From positions 256,370,001 through 256,434,000 of the forward strand of contig OZ024742.1 of assembly GCA_964016885.1 (NCBI GenBank): a stretch of DNA of 64,000 nucleotides. The letters run 5' to 3'. This stretch comes from Eledone cirrhosa (Eukaryota). Shown piece by piece: positions 40,999 through 59,793 of this stretch. Made by a program: the position numbers and the translations under genes. The notes beneath the pieces are model-generated. The model had not been told where the DNA came from and ran no database searches. It saw only the letters and a program-made list of their open reading frames with translations. Each line of letters begins with the position of its first letter. The stretch's first letter is position 1.

Positions 40999-41501
40999 AT
41001 ATGTATGTATGTATGTATGTGTGTGTGTGTGTGGGGTGTATGTAAATATGTATAGAACTCGAACACGTATATGCATAAATAGATGTATAGAAGCAGAATA
41101 ATGAGAATATATTAATATACACCAATAGAGTAGGGTACAGAGAGTCAAAATCGAATAGAATGCCTGCGAGTTCAATTACTAGTTTATTAAATCTATATTC
41201 CATCGATAATCGATTGATTCCCCACCTCCCAAATGGATAATCCTCTTACCAGCATCTGTTTGCCTAAGTAGTGTGATGTGACTCATATACCACAGGAGAT
41301 GTTTATCAGGATTTCGTACTTAAAATTGAGTTTTCTTATATAACCTACATTCAACATTTACCAAACTATTTCTAATAGAAATTAAAAATCAAACGCTATT
41401 CTACATGACCATATAAAAGAGAAAAGTCTCATATGTGTACCCACACATGCGCACATATACACTCTCACCAGCACTACACAGACATATATATTCGCTTACT
41501 G

Positions 41502-41566
<65 letters not shown>

Positions 41567-41641
41567 ACCCCACTCTCAAGAGCGTGAACCTAATAAACTT
41601 TTATTTGTACTGCCTCTCTGTTTTTGTTCCTGTCCAACTTT

Positions 41642-42084
<443 letters not shown>

Positions 42085-42085
42085 A

Positions 42086-45000
42086 TCCTGGGTGTAACAT
42101 TAAACTACATCCAGTGGCAAGGCTCCGGTTCGGGAGTTCAGGAGATGTGGGGAATGTGGAGTTACCCCTTAGTTGTCATGAGTCCCAGGTCTGCCCTGGC
42201 CCGGGGTGGTAGTACCTGTTAGGGCTCCATTTATGGGTTAAATAACTACCTTATTCGAGTGGCGCCGGTAAGGTATTGTCAGCCATTGAAAATAAATATG
42301 GAGAGTAGATCTAACAGCACTAGGGTTAGAGCCCCTAATTACACTGTCAAGGAGCAGCCTGGTCGTTATGACTCTGCTGGCTTAGAGCCACAGAGAGGGC
42401 CAGTGGATGATGGATCAGCTGTCTCTGAGACAAATATAAAGAATGCAGTTTTGTCCTGCAGAAGAGCCATCAAAATGGGCACTTTGAAGTGAGGACTATT
42501 CGGACGCTGGGGAAGAGAGAGGAGTTGGGACATCTGTTCGAGGAGAGTGGTATACAGATACTTGCGATCCAAGAACACAGGATTCTACACGATGAGCCCG
42601 TGAGGAGTGTGATGATCGGGAAGAAGAGCCAGCTCATCACTACATCGGCAGTGAAGAACACAACAAATGCTGCAGTAGGAGGAGTGGGTTTTGTGTTCAG
42701 TGCAAAAACCAATATTGGTGAGGGAAATAATGCCTATCTCCCCGCGAGTGTTGAGGGTGACCTTCAATGGAAACCCAAGACTGACAGTCATCTCAGCCTA
42801 TAGTCCAACCGAGGGGGACAGTGATGTGAATGCGGAAGTGTTCCATGAGGAGGTGTGTAGAGCTGTCAACACCACTCAGGCACATAATATCCTGCTTGTC
42901 TTGGGGAACTTCAATGCACATCTGAGTAAGGAGGGCAGTGAAGATCCTTGCTGGTACTTCCATATCAACACCAACCGAAATGGAAGACTACTGAGAGACA
43001 CCCTGCTGGAGGCGAACCTGATAGTGACCAACCTAGGGTTTAGGAAGAATCTGAGGAAGATGTGGACCTATATCTCGGATATGCACCTGTCCAAGTCACA
43101 GGTTGATTTCATTCTGGTGAGGAAAAAGTGGCGGAATAGTGTTCTGAACACGGAACCATACAGCTATTTCAGTACACTGGGTAGTGACCACCGGCTTGTT
43201 ATGAGTGAGGTCCGCGTGAGCTTAAGAAAGAGCAAGGCTCAGCCCCGGAGAACAATCTATGACTGGGGAGCTTTCAAGGAAGATGATAAGCTACAAGAGA
43301 TGTTCACAGTGGAAGTGAGAAATAGGTTTAGTGCTCTGTGTGGAGAGTCAGAGGAGAGAGATATTGGATGGACTGAGGAGAGTGTGACGAGGAGGTACGG
43401 GCACTTCACCAATGCAGTGGCGGAAGCAAGTGAAACCCTGGTGCCGAGGAAAAAGAACAAAGGGAAGCACGTCAGCTCTGCAAACCCAAAAGTGTGTGCA
43501 GACAGAGAACACCTGAAAGCTGCCAGGGACCAATTCTATGCTGATCCTACGGAGGAGAGGATGGAGACTGTGGAGGTGATGAGAGAAGAGCTCTGTACCG
43601 CTTACACTGAGGTCAGAGAGGAGGCACTGATAGAGAAGATCAGAAGTGTGGAGAGAGCGGTTGACAGATCTGGATGTAAGGAGAGCTGGATGATCATCAA
43701 CGAGATCACAGGGAGGAAGAGAAGGTGTTCGAGTCAGATCCAGGGAACGAGGCCCGAGGATAGGAAGAGTAAATGGCTAGACCATTTTAGGACCCTAATA
43801 GGAGAGCCACCCTCCACAGCCCAGAGCACTGGGGAGATCAGGCGGCTGTTTGAGGAACTGGATGTTGAGACAGAGCCCTTCACCAGAGAGGAGCTTCAGA
43901 GAACCAAGAAGAGGATCAAAGAGGGCAAGGCTCATGGAGAAGATGGAGTGGCATCAGAGGTGATGAAGAGGTGTGATTTTGATGATATCATCCTGGGGTT
44001 CTGTAACGGGGCACTGGAGAAAGGAGTTGCCCCGAATCAGTGGAGGATCAGTAACATCGTCCCAGTGCCAAAGAAGGGAGATCTCTCTAACACCAACAAC
44101 TACCGGCGGATCTCACTGACGTCACTTGTGGCAAATACCCTCAACAGGATGATTCTTAACAGGATCCAACCTGAGATGGAGAAGAAGCTCAGGGACAACC
44201 AGAACGGCTTCAGAGAGGGTGGATCAACCACCAGTCACATCCTGATGCCGAGGAGGATATTAGAGGGAGCTAGAGCAAAGTGCCTTCCTGCGGTCATGGT
44301 TTTCATTGACTTTAGGAAGGCCTTTGATTCTGTGGACCATCACTGCCTGATGAAGATCTTACAGGCTTATGGAATCCCCAAGAGGATAGTGGACCTGATA
44401 TCACTGCTCTACACCAACACCAAGGCCCAAGTCATTACACCTGATGGGATGAGAGAGTTCTTTGAGATACTGCCTGGAGTGCTCCAGGGAGATACATTGG
44501 CTTCCTAACATTTTGTCATTGTAGTGGACTATTGTATGCGCCTTGCACTGGAGAAACACCAGGACTCTGTCTTTACTGTAGCACCGGCTCAGAGCAGGAG
44601 AGTTAGGGCGAAAAAGGTATCGGATGCTGAATTTGCCGACGACATAGTTTTGGTGACAAATACAGTGAAGGAGGCAGAGGATTTGATGCGGGAGGTTGAG
44701 ACTGTGTCGATGAGTGTGGGGCTGAGAATGAATGAGACTAAAACAAAATATCTGGTAGAGAATGTTGAGAAGCCAGAGGGGATCACTAATGTAGGCGGGA
44801 AGCCGCTGGAATTGGTTGAGAACTTCCTGTATTTGGGAGCAAAGATTGGGAATACGGAAGATGATGTGGTTGAGAGGAAGAGCAAGGCCTGGGCGGCGTG
44901 CCACAGCTTGAGATCGATGTGGAAGTCGGAACTTCGTAGAAACCTGAAAATCCGCCTCTTCATTGCTGTAGTGGAGTCTGTGCTGCTGTATGGGTCTGAG

Positions 45001-45398
45001 ACTTGGACACTGACCAAGAAACTCACTCAGATGGTGGATGGGTGCTACACGAGAATGCTGAGGATGGCTCTGAACATTAATCATTATACACTGAGGATGA
45101 AAAACTCAGAGCTGTATGGGAGCATCCCAAATGTCAGCTCAAAAGTGACACAGAGGACTGAGGTTGGCTGGACATGCTCACCGACATCCAAAGTTGATAT
45201 TGCACACAGTACTCCTTTGGGAGCCCCTACTAGACACACTAGAAGAGGAAGATCAAGGTTAACGTATGTTGATGCCCTCAGGACAGACACTGGTCTGTTG
45301 GAGATGCAGGACATGGCAGCGATAATGAGGGACAGAGACCGCTGGAGAGAACTCGTCCATGGATCTCGGGAATTTTACCCGCCTTAGATAGATAGATA
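42086..45398 (+). mobile_element. Near full-length RTE-type LINE (single APE-RT ORF, few disruptions)
   Basis: ILAIQEHR, GNFNAH, QVDFILV, SDHRLV (APE); VPVPKKGD..NYR.ISL, QNGFR, FIDFRKAFDSVDH, GVLQGDTLA, FADD, VLLYGSETWTLTK (RT); (TAGA)n tail; possible TSD ATATATACATAT. Confidence 0.9.
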
Positions 45399-45429
45399 TA
45401 TACATATATATCATATATATATATCTACA

Positions 45430-45782
45430 CCCAAGGCTTGGTCCCCGTGCTATCCGCCCACGACAACAATCCCACTCGCATCACAAAACAACAATACGGC
45501 ACAAATATTTCACCTCAATTGGCCCTGCACTCTTTAACATTAGACCAAAACACATCAAAGCAGAGACAGACCCCATTAAGTTCAAGAAGTCTTTGGATAA
45601 ATTCATTCAAGAAATCTCGGATAAGCCTCCTACACCCGGATATGCCTCCGTAAACAATAACTCTCTGCTCCAGTAGGCCATGGTGCCCAAACACTGATTT
45701 GTAAGACTTCGCCAGGTGGTGTTATTAAGTTAGACAAGGCCTGGGCCAATACTGGCCGAAAGCTATCAAAGTTATCAAAGTT
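45430..45782 (+). mobile_element. CR1-like LINE 3' end
   Basis: GPALFNI.PKHIK..FKKSLDKFIQEISDKPPTPGY...NNSL; tail repeat TATCAAAG(T). Confidence 0.65.
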
Positions 45783-45859
45783 ATATACATATATATATAT
45801 CGAAACATAAAAGCGGTCATCACCTTAACAGTTTTAGAAAAGACTTAATAGACACGGTC

Positions 45860-46550
45860 GTGTACATAGATACAGACATGTCACCCAGCTGCAGTCTTTA
45901 AAACCTTCGTTAAAAATATCAGTACGAGGGTTTATAAACCTTCTTTCAACAAAGGCATTTTGACGGAGTGGTACCTTATTATAACACTGCGGCTTCTCCG
46001 ACAACATTTCTTACTCCTCTCCTAAACTTTCCACCCTTCTCAGTGTTAGAACCAATGTAGATAGGACATTCTTGGCATTCCTAGACAAACACTTCAACAT
46101 ATGACAAACATACCTATATTCAATAGAAACAGGGTGAAGATCGGATATTCCTGTAGTAAGGATATGAGAGCGTACCATCAACCACAAGAGTTTAACCCTA
46201 TTCATTTGCACTGGTAAAACACAAGTAGCATGCCTTCTTCAACAATAGTGTAACATAGGGGCAATATAAAAGGTCAAGATCATGTAGGCATGGTGGAGGT
46301 TTGGTTTTAAAAATGCGTTCTTAACCATCAGACGACATTGAGACACATTGATATGGGATCGTCCACGAAGTTAGCAATCAATATATAAAGATGCAGAAGT
46401 GAATTACTCCATTTAATGGAAATTTCTGGTCATATCCAGGGCATACGGAAATGAGGATTTGTCCTCTAAGCACTATATCGACAAAAGAGTGATTATCTCG
46501 CACTGATTACGTAATAATATTTTCCATAACGCAACCGCCGACATGTTTAT
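45860..46550 (+). mobile_element. Decayed Penelope-like (Naiad-type) linker/EN remnant
   Basis: SVRTNVDRTFLAFLDKHF..IFNRNRVKIGYSC; STKLA. Confidence 0.65.
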
Positions 46551-46812
46551 TACCTGACCCCACGCTGTGTAGTACCTCCTTCGCAACTACAATGATCCGG
46601 GATAAATTATACCCTGAATGAACTAACTCATACAAGACACGTCACGCCGCATCATTCTAACTTTAGCTGTCTCCCCATCACAGTTCATCGCGCAGAAATC
46701 AATCAGCTCATATACATTTCCGTTTTCAGCATATCCACATAAGAGTTGAAAATGCACTAGGTGAAATGCGCGTTCTCGAGTATGGTTAACTAATCTGTTG
46801 TACAACTAACTG

Positions 46813-47250
<438 letters not shown>

Positions 47251-47284
47251 GTTAAAAGAATAGAGGTGTAACACACAAGTTATT

Positions 47285-52078
<4,794 letters not shown>

Positions 52079-52104
52079 TGAAGGCTAAAATCCAAAGAGG
52101 GTTC

Positions 52105-52338
52105 GATAAGGATAAATATATATCAACTATATAAGAACCGTAGAGCAAATATTTCCGTTCTTTGCCAGGGAACATTTCCACGAACCAAAGTATCGTCTTC
52201 CTGTCTTCCTTCGGGTGCAACGTTTTTTGAAATATTTACTTTTGCGTTCACAGTTTGATTTTTTTAAGTTTCAGAAGATCCCGTTAAGGGGAAAGCAGCG
52301 ATGATTCTTTGCTTAAACTTTAATCTGTTATTTTAATA
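52105..52338 (+). repeat. Fragment related to the Helitron at 4449-5438
   Basis: Shares CGATAAGGATAA.TATATATCAA..ATAAGAACC.TAGAGCAAAT and GTTTCAGAAGATC..GCAGCGAT..TTTTAATCTGTTATTTTAAT. Confidence 0.75.
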
Positions 52339-54423
52339 AATATAAATATATATATATCATGGACAATGATGGAGGAGATTGACGTTTTGTGGATGATCAT
52401 TCCATAAACACGTCTATATTTAGTATATTTCTCTGTTGGTTTAATCGTCGTATAATGTATATAAAGACTAGTACTTTGCTTTAAAAGTCCAACTCATTTT
52501 TCACTGTCAGGAAAGTGAACCACCGTTGAATATATTGTCTTGTTCAAGAAAATCTCACCTTCGGGATTCGATCTCACGAACATATATTTTTGAGCCGAAG
52601 TTTAACCCCTAAGCCATCCGCTTCGCTATTTAATGCCATTACTTTCAAATACAAGCAGGGGGCTATACTAGCCATCTGGTTCATTCAAAGTTGAAGAAAT
52701 ATTACTGTGGTAGCTCAACTCCCTCTGTATATTCATTTAACTTTTCCCTTCACATTCCCGGCTCGATACCACCTCCATCCATCCCTGCTGCAAGTCACCA
52801 CTTCGGTTGTCTTAATGTCCTTCCCGCCTACTCATTGATGTCATCTACCCATTTATACTCCACACCTTATTGCTTCCCCTTTTTCTGACTTTCTCATTGG
52901 AGTGTTGTCGTGTTCAATCCAACAGATCCTGTCCACCTGACTTTACCAATTCATTCTTTTCTTTAGAATGCTTTAGAATGCTTAGCTATTTTCATTGTTA
53001 GTCACATATCGCCAGATTATTCTTTATCGCCTTTAGCAGATCATAAAAATTGCATACATGTTGCCTTATTGTGAATGGTTTCATTGCTTACGTGTTTCGT
53101 TTAGGTATGTCTATAATTTTGTTAGAAAATCTTGTTTGCAACGTCAGTAATTTCTTATTTAATTACACTGTATAGAATTACAATTACCCCTCTCATTTAA
53201 ACGCTCGAATATTCGAAAGAATATCTTATATACCTTCTTCATGAAGAAATACAAGACGATCAGGGAAGGACTGGCTTCAGTTTTAACGTGATGTTTAATA
53301 TTATCTGCGACACGTTTTAAAATAGTAACATTAAGTAAAGTCAGGTTTGACAGTAAATGCATAAAATTAACTTTATGGTTATGCTATTCAGCTGAGGATT
53401 AATAGGTCTTGATTTACGATCTGGCTGCTTTGAGATATCCTGATGTCCAGTGGTGCATGGGAAACCGGCGGAATTAACCAGTTAGAAATCACACAGGGCT
53501 TCCAAGAAAGACACTCATAATTTGTGCATTAGTTCTGATCACAAAACACTATCGAAATAGCAAATATAAGGAATGTATAACATATTACAATAGATTGCTC
53601 CATTTATAATGATTCGTTGTGTGAAAGAAACAGACTCTAATACAGTGTTGCTTCAAATATGTTATTTACTTTTATAATTGTGGCAGATGTAATGTTTAAT
53701 TTGTATTTCGTATTGAGATATATTCTAATTCAGAAACATTAAACAGCAGTTTGTTATAACAAACATAATTCCAAATGCTTTTGTCTAGTTCCTGTATTTG
53801 GACACTTAGGAAATCAATTAAGGCCTTTACAATAGTTATTAAAATCATCAGACCATAAATCATTAAATGTTATTTTTTATGTATGGCACTGGCTACAATG
53901 TCAGTAAATTTAGATCCGATATTTTAATGGCTGTTGTTTTCTGAACATCGCGTTGATGGATGAGAAAATAAAGGAGAACGAATTCATTATATTTTTCTTA
54001 ATATATTTTCAGGGAATAGAATTTAACAATTGGCTGTCATCAATAATAATAGCATTTTGGTTTAATGAACAATAATGTGATTTTTTAAAAATAGTATTTC
54101 ACTGATTCTTTTGCATATTCAAATATATCACACTAAGAAAGCAATAGAAAAATGGTGTTTGTTAATTTAGTGAAGCGTCATCATTCAACGCGAAGGAAAC
54201 GACATATATGTGTCCATGTTAGAGATATATTATTTTATAAACCATGAGAATGAAATGAATCTTTCTATCTATCTCTTTAGCTTTCGTATATATGGAGAAA
54301 GGGACCCAATGGCAATGAGCATAAAAATAATCGATCACTATATACAACCAATGCAAATATCGTGTATATGCCCACAGAAAAATGTTACACCTGAGTTTCA
54401 TAACAATTTCATCACACACACAC

Positions 54424-54494
<71 letters not shown>

Positions 54495-54500
<6 letters not shown>

Positions 54501-54807
54501 TATATTATAAATGTGAAATGGGCGAAAATTGTCTGAGTCGTATCTGGATACAGGCAATAGGGTAGTACCAATGCTCTGCTTGTCATGAAAATTTACACAT
54601 TAATGTAAAAGGTGCCGAGGAAGCGACATGTCTACTTGGGGTTCTCTAAATTAAAAAAAATGTGGTCTTTTGGGCCAATTTAACTACTTTACTCTCTCTG
54701 TCGCTCTTCACTCCCTATATGACAACACTGCAGAGAGAGATATGCCGTGAGAATACCAGAGTGAGATAGGCCGTTAGACAGAGAGAGTTACAATTAAAGT
54801 GTTAGAT

Positions 54808-54843
<36 letters not shown>

Positions 54844-57800
54844 ACCAGCAAACTTTAGTTAACTTTCAGTAACGTGTCATATATCTTTGATCGGTCGTCG
54901 CTCGCATAGCACACACACACGATACTTTTATAAAGCTGAGCGTCGTGTGTATGTGTGTATGTATGTATGTATCCTACACACCTCCCTATACTATTTAACC
55001 TAAAATACTTTTATATCCATCTCTTAGTGAAGCATTTCCAATTCATTGTACGTAAACAATGACATTAATTTTTCACTTTTAGCTTAGCATTTTACATTCA
55101 ATGCCTCCCTTTTTAATGCAACTGTTTATTGAAACGACTACGTGCTCTCAGTGGTTCAGTATTTAACCTAAAATACTTTTAGACTGCTTCTATAGTATCG
55201 TTATACGATATGCCTAACCGAAAACGACCAGTATTTTCTTCTAAACGAAATAATGCCCTTAAATTGCGAAGAATGGGGGTGCGTGCGCAGATACTTTTTT
55301 TTATCGATATCGTTTGTTATTTTGCTTCTTTTATCTCCATAAAAATATTATTTCTGTTTTGAGAAGTTGTCAAACAGTAATGGCCGAGTTAAAGCATTCA
55401 GCTTTTTTTTTAACTCCAGGAGACATCGGATGAAAGGGAGGCCCGACCTACTGCACAGTGCATTCAGCGCCAACGCTCACGTCTCGACGAGACTCCGGAG
55501 GCAAGGGAAGAAAGGTTGGCAGGTAGACAGCGTAAACGTCAAGAAAATGCTGCTACTACAAGGGGCACTTTTTGCTTAAAAGCTGGCTTTAACTAGAATC
55601 CTTCTGATGATTACACCAATCACCCGGATTTGGCCCTTGGAAAAATGGATAAGGTATGTCTGTCCTGTGGGGCTAAGAAGTGGGTCGGTGAGGCTCCAAA
55701 CTTTGGGTTAAAGTTCGACTTCAGGCGCTGGCTGATCCCCTGATTTGCTGCAAAATCTTCTCATTGGTAACTCTGAACACGGAGTGAAGTTTCGCAAAAG
55801 AATTTGGAGATACAATTCATGCTTCGCTATGACATCATTTGGAGTAAGGGATTGCAGAAACAACAAAAAGAACAACAACAACAGCAACAACACCGGTGTC
55901 AACAACGAAGAAAGAAATAAAGAAAAACTTTACACCTACAAAATTCAAGGTCAGTGTTACCACATAATGGGAAGCCTTCCCCCACAGCTAGGCGAGGAGC
56001 CTAAATTCCTCCACGTGTTCTTCATAGGCGGGAATGATGAGGAAGTTTCCTAAAGATACAAGATCAATTCATCTGTTGACGGGAACATTGTTGCGGAACT
56101 TCCAACCATGCTCCATGCAACCCATCCGTACGTCCGTGTCTTGAAGAGTGCTTTGGAGGTTTTGGACTCGAGACATGAGATGAAATTGGTCAACAGAGCT
56201 GACAGACGACCTGCGGGTGGGCATCCTGGATATTTCAACGCTCCAACTACCAACGAGGTAGCAGCAATCATGGTTGACGAAAATCATGGTGCACGTGACA
56301 TCAACATTCAGCATCGCAATAACAGACTGACGTTCGTTGCAGAAACCCATCGGTCGTACGATTGCTTGCAGTACCCTCTTCTTTTTCCCTACGGCGAGAA
56401 CGGCTACAGCTTCGAGATTCCCACATTTGATCCGAAAATCTTGGTGCTTTACCACAGAAAGTTTCCATATGTACGCTAAGATTGAAGCGGAACTTCTTAT
56501 GTACATACGTACCCATCAAAATGACCTAAGAGAGGTTCAATACGCTCATCATAAGGATGCTTTGCAGCGTGACGGTGACGCAACCAATGTTTGGCATCAG
56601 GTGATCCTTCCTTCAAGCTTTAGTGGCTCACCCCAGGATGCAATGGCGTATGTCCGTAAGTTTGGGCGGCCGGATCTTTTTATTACCTTTACATGTAATC
56701 CTAATTGGGTGGAGATTAAGGAGAATTTATTCGCGGGCCAGGTGAAGAGTGACAGGCATGATCTTACAGCCAGAGTCTTCCACGGAAAGTTGAAGAAACT
56801 AATGTGCTTGCTGAAAGATAAAGCCATCTACGCACAACTCAATGCTTGGATGTATATTGTGGAATGGCAGAAGCGGGGTCTTCCACACGCACATATTCTT
56901 ATTTGGTTCCAAGAACGAATCAGACCTACGGACTTTGATCGCGTTATATGTGCAGAGTTACCCGATCCCCAAATTGATTTGCAGCTTTACAACATTGTGC
57001 TGGCTAATATGACATATGGACCCTGTGGTGCCCTTAACAGCCAAAATTCATGCATGTAGGGGAACAAGTGCACCAAACACTACCCCATAGCCTTCACCAG
57101 GGAAACTTGCACTGGGGTTGACGGCTACTCCATCTACCGGCGGCGTGCTCCCGATTTTGTCGGCCTTTCGGCTAGGATTAAGAGGAAAGGGAAAGAATAC
57201 CACATTGACAACAGCTGAGTGGTGCCTTACAGCCCTTTGCTCGCTAACATTTTTAAAGCTTACATCAATGTGAAGTCCTGCATATCTGTTAAAAGCGTTA
57301 AATACATCTGCAAATACATCAACAAAGGCAGCGACATGGCGGTGGTTGGCCTCAGTGATTGCGTAGAATCAAAAGATGAAATTACTCAGTTCCTGATGGG
57401 AAGATACATTTCGTCTAATATGGCGGCTAGGCGCATTTTGGGGCTTGAAATTAACCGGTGGTCTCCAGCAGTTGTCAAGTTGGATGTTCACTTAGAGAAT
57501 GGTCAACGCGTTTATTTCACTGAGGAAACTGCATCGGCTGCTGCCGAACAATTACCTGAACGACGCTTACAGCATTTTTTAAGCTATGTTCTATCGATAC
57601 GTTTGTAGTTACCCTTTTTTACGTCGATGTACCTATCTACTTCACTTGGTCGAACAAAAAATGGGATCAGTGGCGACAAGGGGAAAAAGTTGAGGATTGG
57701 GTAGGTGACTTCAGAAGTAATGCCATCGGACGCGTGTACAATGTTCATCTGAAGCAACAAGAATGCTTTTCCCTTCCAATGTTGCTGCATCAAATCAAAG

Positions 57801-59761
57801 GGCCTAAATCATTCGCCGACCTAAGACTTTTGGATGGCCACATTTGTTCCAGTTACAGAGACGCGTGCGTGAAACGCGGGCTACTCGACGATGATGCCCA
57901 CCTGAACGTGGCGTTGACAGAGGATGCTGAATGTAAGATTCCTCGAGAAATGAGACGTCTGTTTTGCATAACGCTATTGTTCTGCGGCATAGGCGATCCC
58001 CTTAAGCTTTGGGAAACGCATAAGGACAACATGTCAGAGGACATCCTCCGTAGACTCGAGCAAAGATCCAGCGGCTGGCTTTGCTTTCAACGACGCGGTG
58101 TACAATGATGCCCTCATCGACATAGACAACCATCTTAAAGCTCTTGGAGTTGGTGGTCTATCTGATTTCAGTTTGCCACAACCTCGAAACACTCACCGTG
58201 CTTTAGATGTAGGGTTCATGCGTGAGTTAAATTACAACATCGACGATATGACACATCAGGTAGATCAGGACGAACCCAGACTTTTGCATGACCAGAGACG
58301 GACATATGACAGAATTCTCTCCAGTGTCAATTCAAATGAGGGACAGCTATTTTTCTTGGATGCTCCTGGCGGAACAGGAACAATTTTCTCATCAACCTTT
58401 TGCTTGCGAAGCTACGAAAAGACAAGCGGATTGCTTTAGCACGTCTCCAGTTGTATTGCGGCGACACTGTAAGATGGCGGTCGAACGGCACACTCCGCAT
58501 TCAAATTGCATTTGGACATTGCAAAGAAGGAGAATCCTACATGTAGAATACATCGAGGCGACACTAAAGCATATCTTTCTGAGTTCTGCCTGATCATATG
58601 GAACGAGGCTACTATGAGTCACAAGGCGACCTTTGAGGCTCTGGATCGAACTCTCAAGGACTTGCGTCGGAACTCACGCGTCATGGGGGGAGCGACAGTA
58701 CTGCTGGCTGGCGATTTCCGACAGACTCTTCCTGTTATCTAGAGGCACTAGAGCTGATGAAGTGAACGCATGCATCAAGTCATCCTACGTATGGCAGTAT
58801 GTCCACAATCTACATCTGACTACCAACATAAGAGTGCATGTGCATGGTGACGCAGACTCCATCGATTTCTCAAAACATCTACTGGAAGTTGGTAATGGAA
58901 CTACACCTGGAGTGGATGAAGAGCATATCCTTTTGCCTTTTGGGAACTTTGTGTCATTGATGAATTAATGTCATCTGTATTTCCAGACCTTGAATCACGA
59001 TCGCATGATCACACCTGGCTGAAAAGGACAGCTATTTTGGCACCACACAATGCCACTGTTAACGTGATGAACCAAAAACTATTCGATCAGATTCCCGGAA
59101 ATGTAGTCTCCTTCAAGTCGATTGACACCAATAAAAACGCGGACAACGCCGTCATCTACCCAATTGAATTCCTCAACAGTCAACTACCTCCATGACTTCC
59201 TCCTCATGATCTGAAACTGAAGGTTGGTGGACCAGTTATGCTGCTGAGAAACCTGGATGCACCAGAACTATGCAACGGAACGCGTTTAATCATGAAAAAA
59301 TAAGGACCCAAATTCTGGAGACAACCATTTTGAGCGGACGCGCTGCTGGCATGACCAGGTTAATTATCCCTATGAGCCTTAGTTCCTCTGACGTTACCTA
59401 TGAATTTACGCGACGGCAGTTTCCCATAAAACTCTGCTTTGCAATGAGCATTAACAAAGCACAAAGACATTCGCTGCAAGTGGTTGGTCTAAATCTAACA
59501 CAGCAGGTATTTGCCCATGGTCAACTATACGGCGGATGCTCCAGCGTCGGCAGTCCACACAATCTCTTCATTTGTTTCATTTGTGGTAACCCGGGCAACA
59601 CCAGGAACGTTGTCTACAAAGAAGCCCTGCAATAACATCTTTGAACCCTACTCCACCCAACGTCTCTCTGTCAAACCACTCTCTACACGTCGCCCCTCTA
59701 CTTATTAACTTAATAAAAAGTGGCCCCGAGTAGCCCAGAGTGCAACTGGGCTCAGCTACTA

Positions 59762-59762
<1 letters not shown>
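54495..59762 (+). mobile_element. Decayed autonomous Helitron
   Basis: RepHel pseudogene; 3' hairpin AGCCCAG..CTGGGCT followed by CTAG|T. The 5' end is approximate (TATTATAAATGTGAA next to (TA)n; no TC visible). Confidence 0.9.
55210..59635 (+). pseudogene. Helitron RepHel (HUH Rep plus PIF1-family helicase), many stops and frameshifts
   Basis: YNSCFAMTSFG, YPLLFPYGE, PDLFITFTCNP, VEWQKRGLPHAHIL (HUH), KYICKYINKG (Y2); LDAPGGTG, IIWNEATM, GDFRQTLPV, QFPIKLCFAMSINKAQ, HGQLY. Confidence 0.95.

Positions 59763-59792
<30 letters not shown>

Positions 59793-59793
<1 letters not shown>

Noticed and set aside
58098-59635. Host PIF1 helicase gene
   Set aside because: It is contiguous with the HUH Rep, ends at a Helitron hairpin-CTAG, and has many disruptions.
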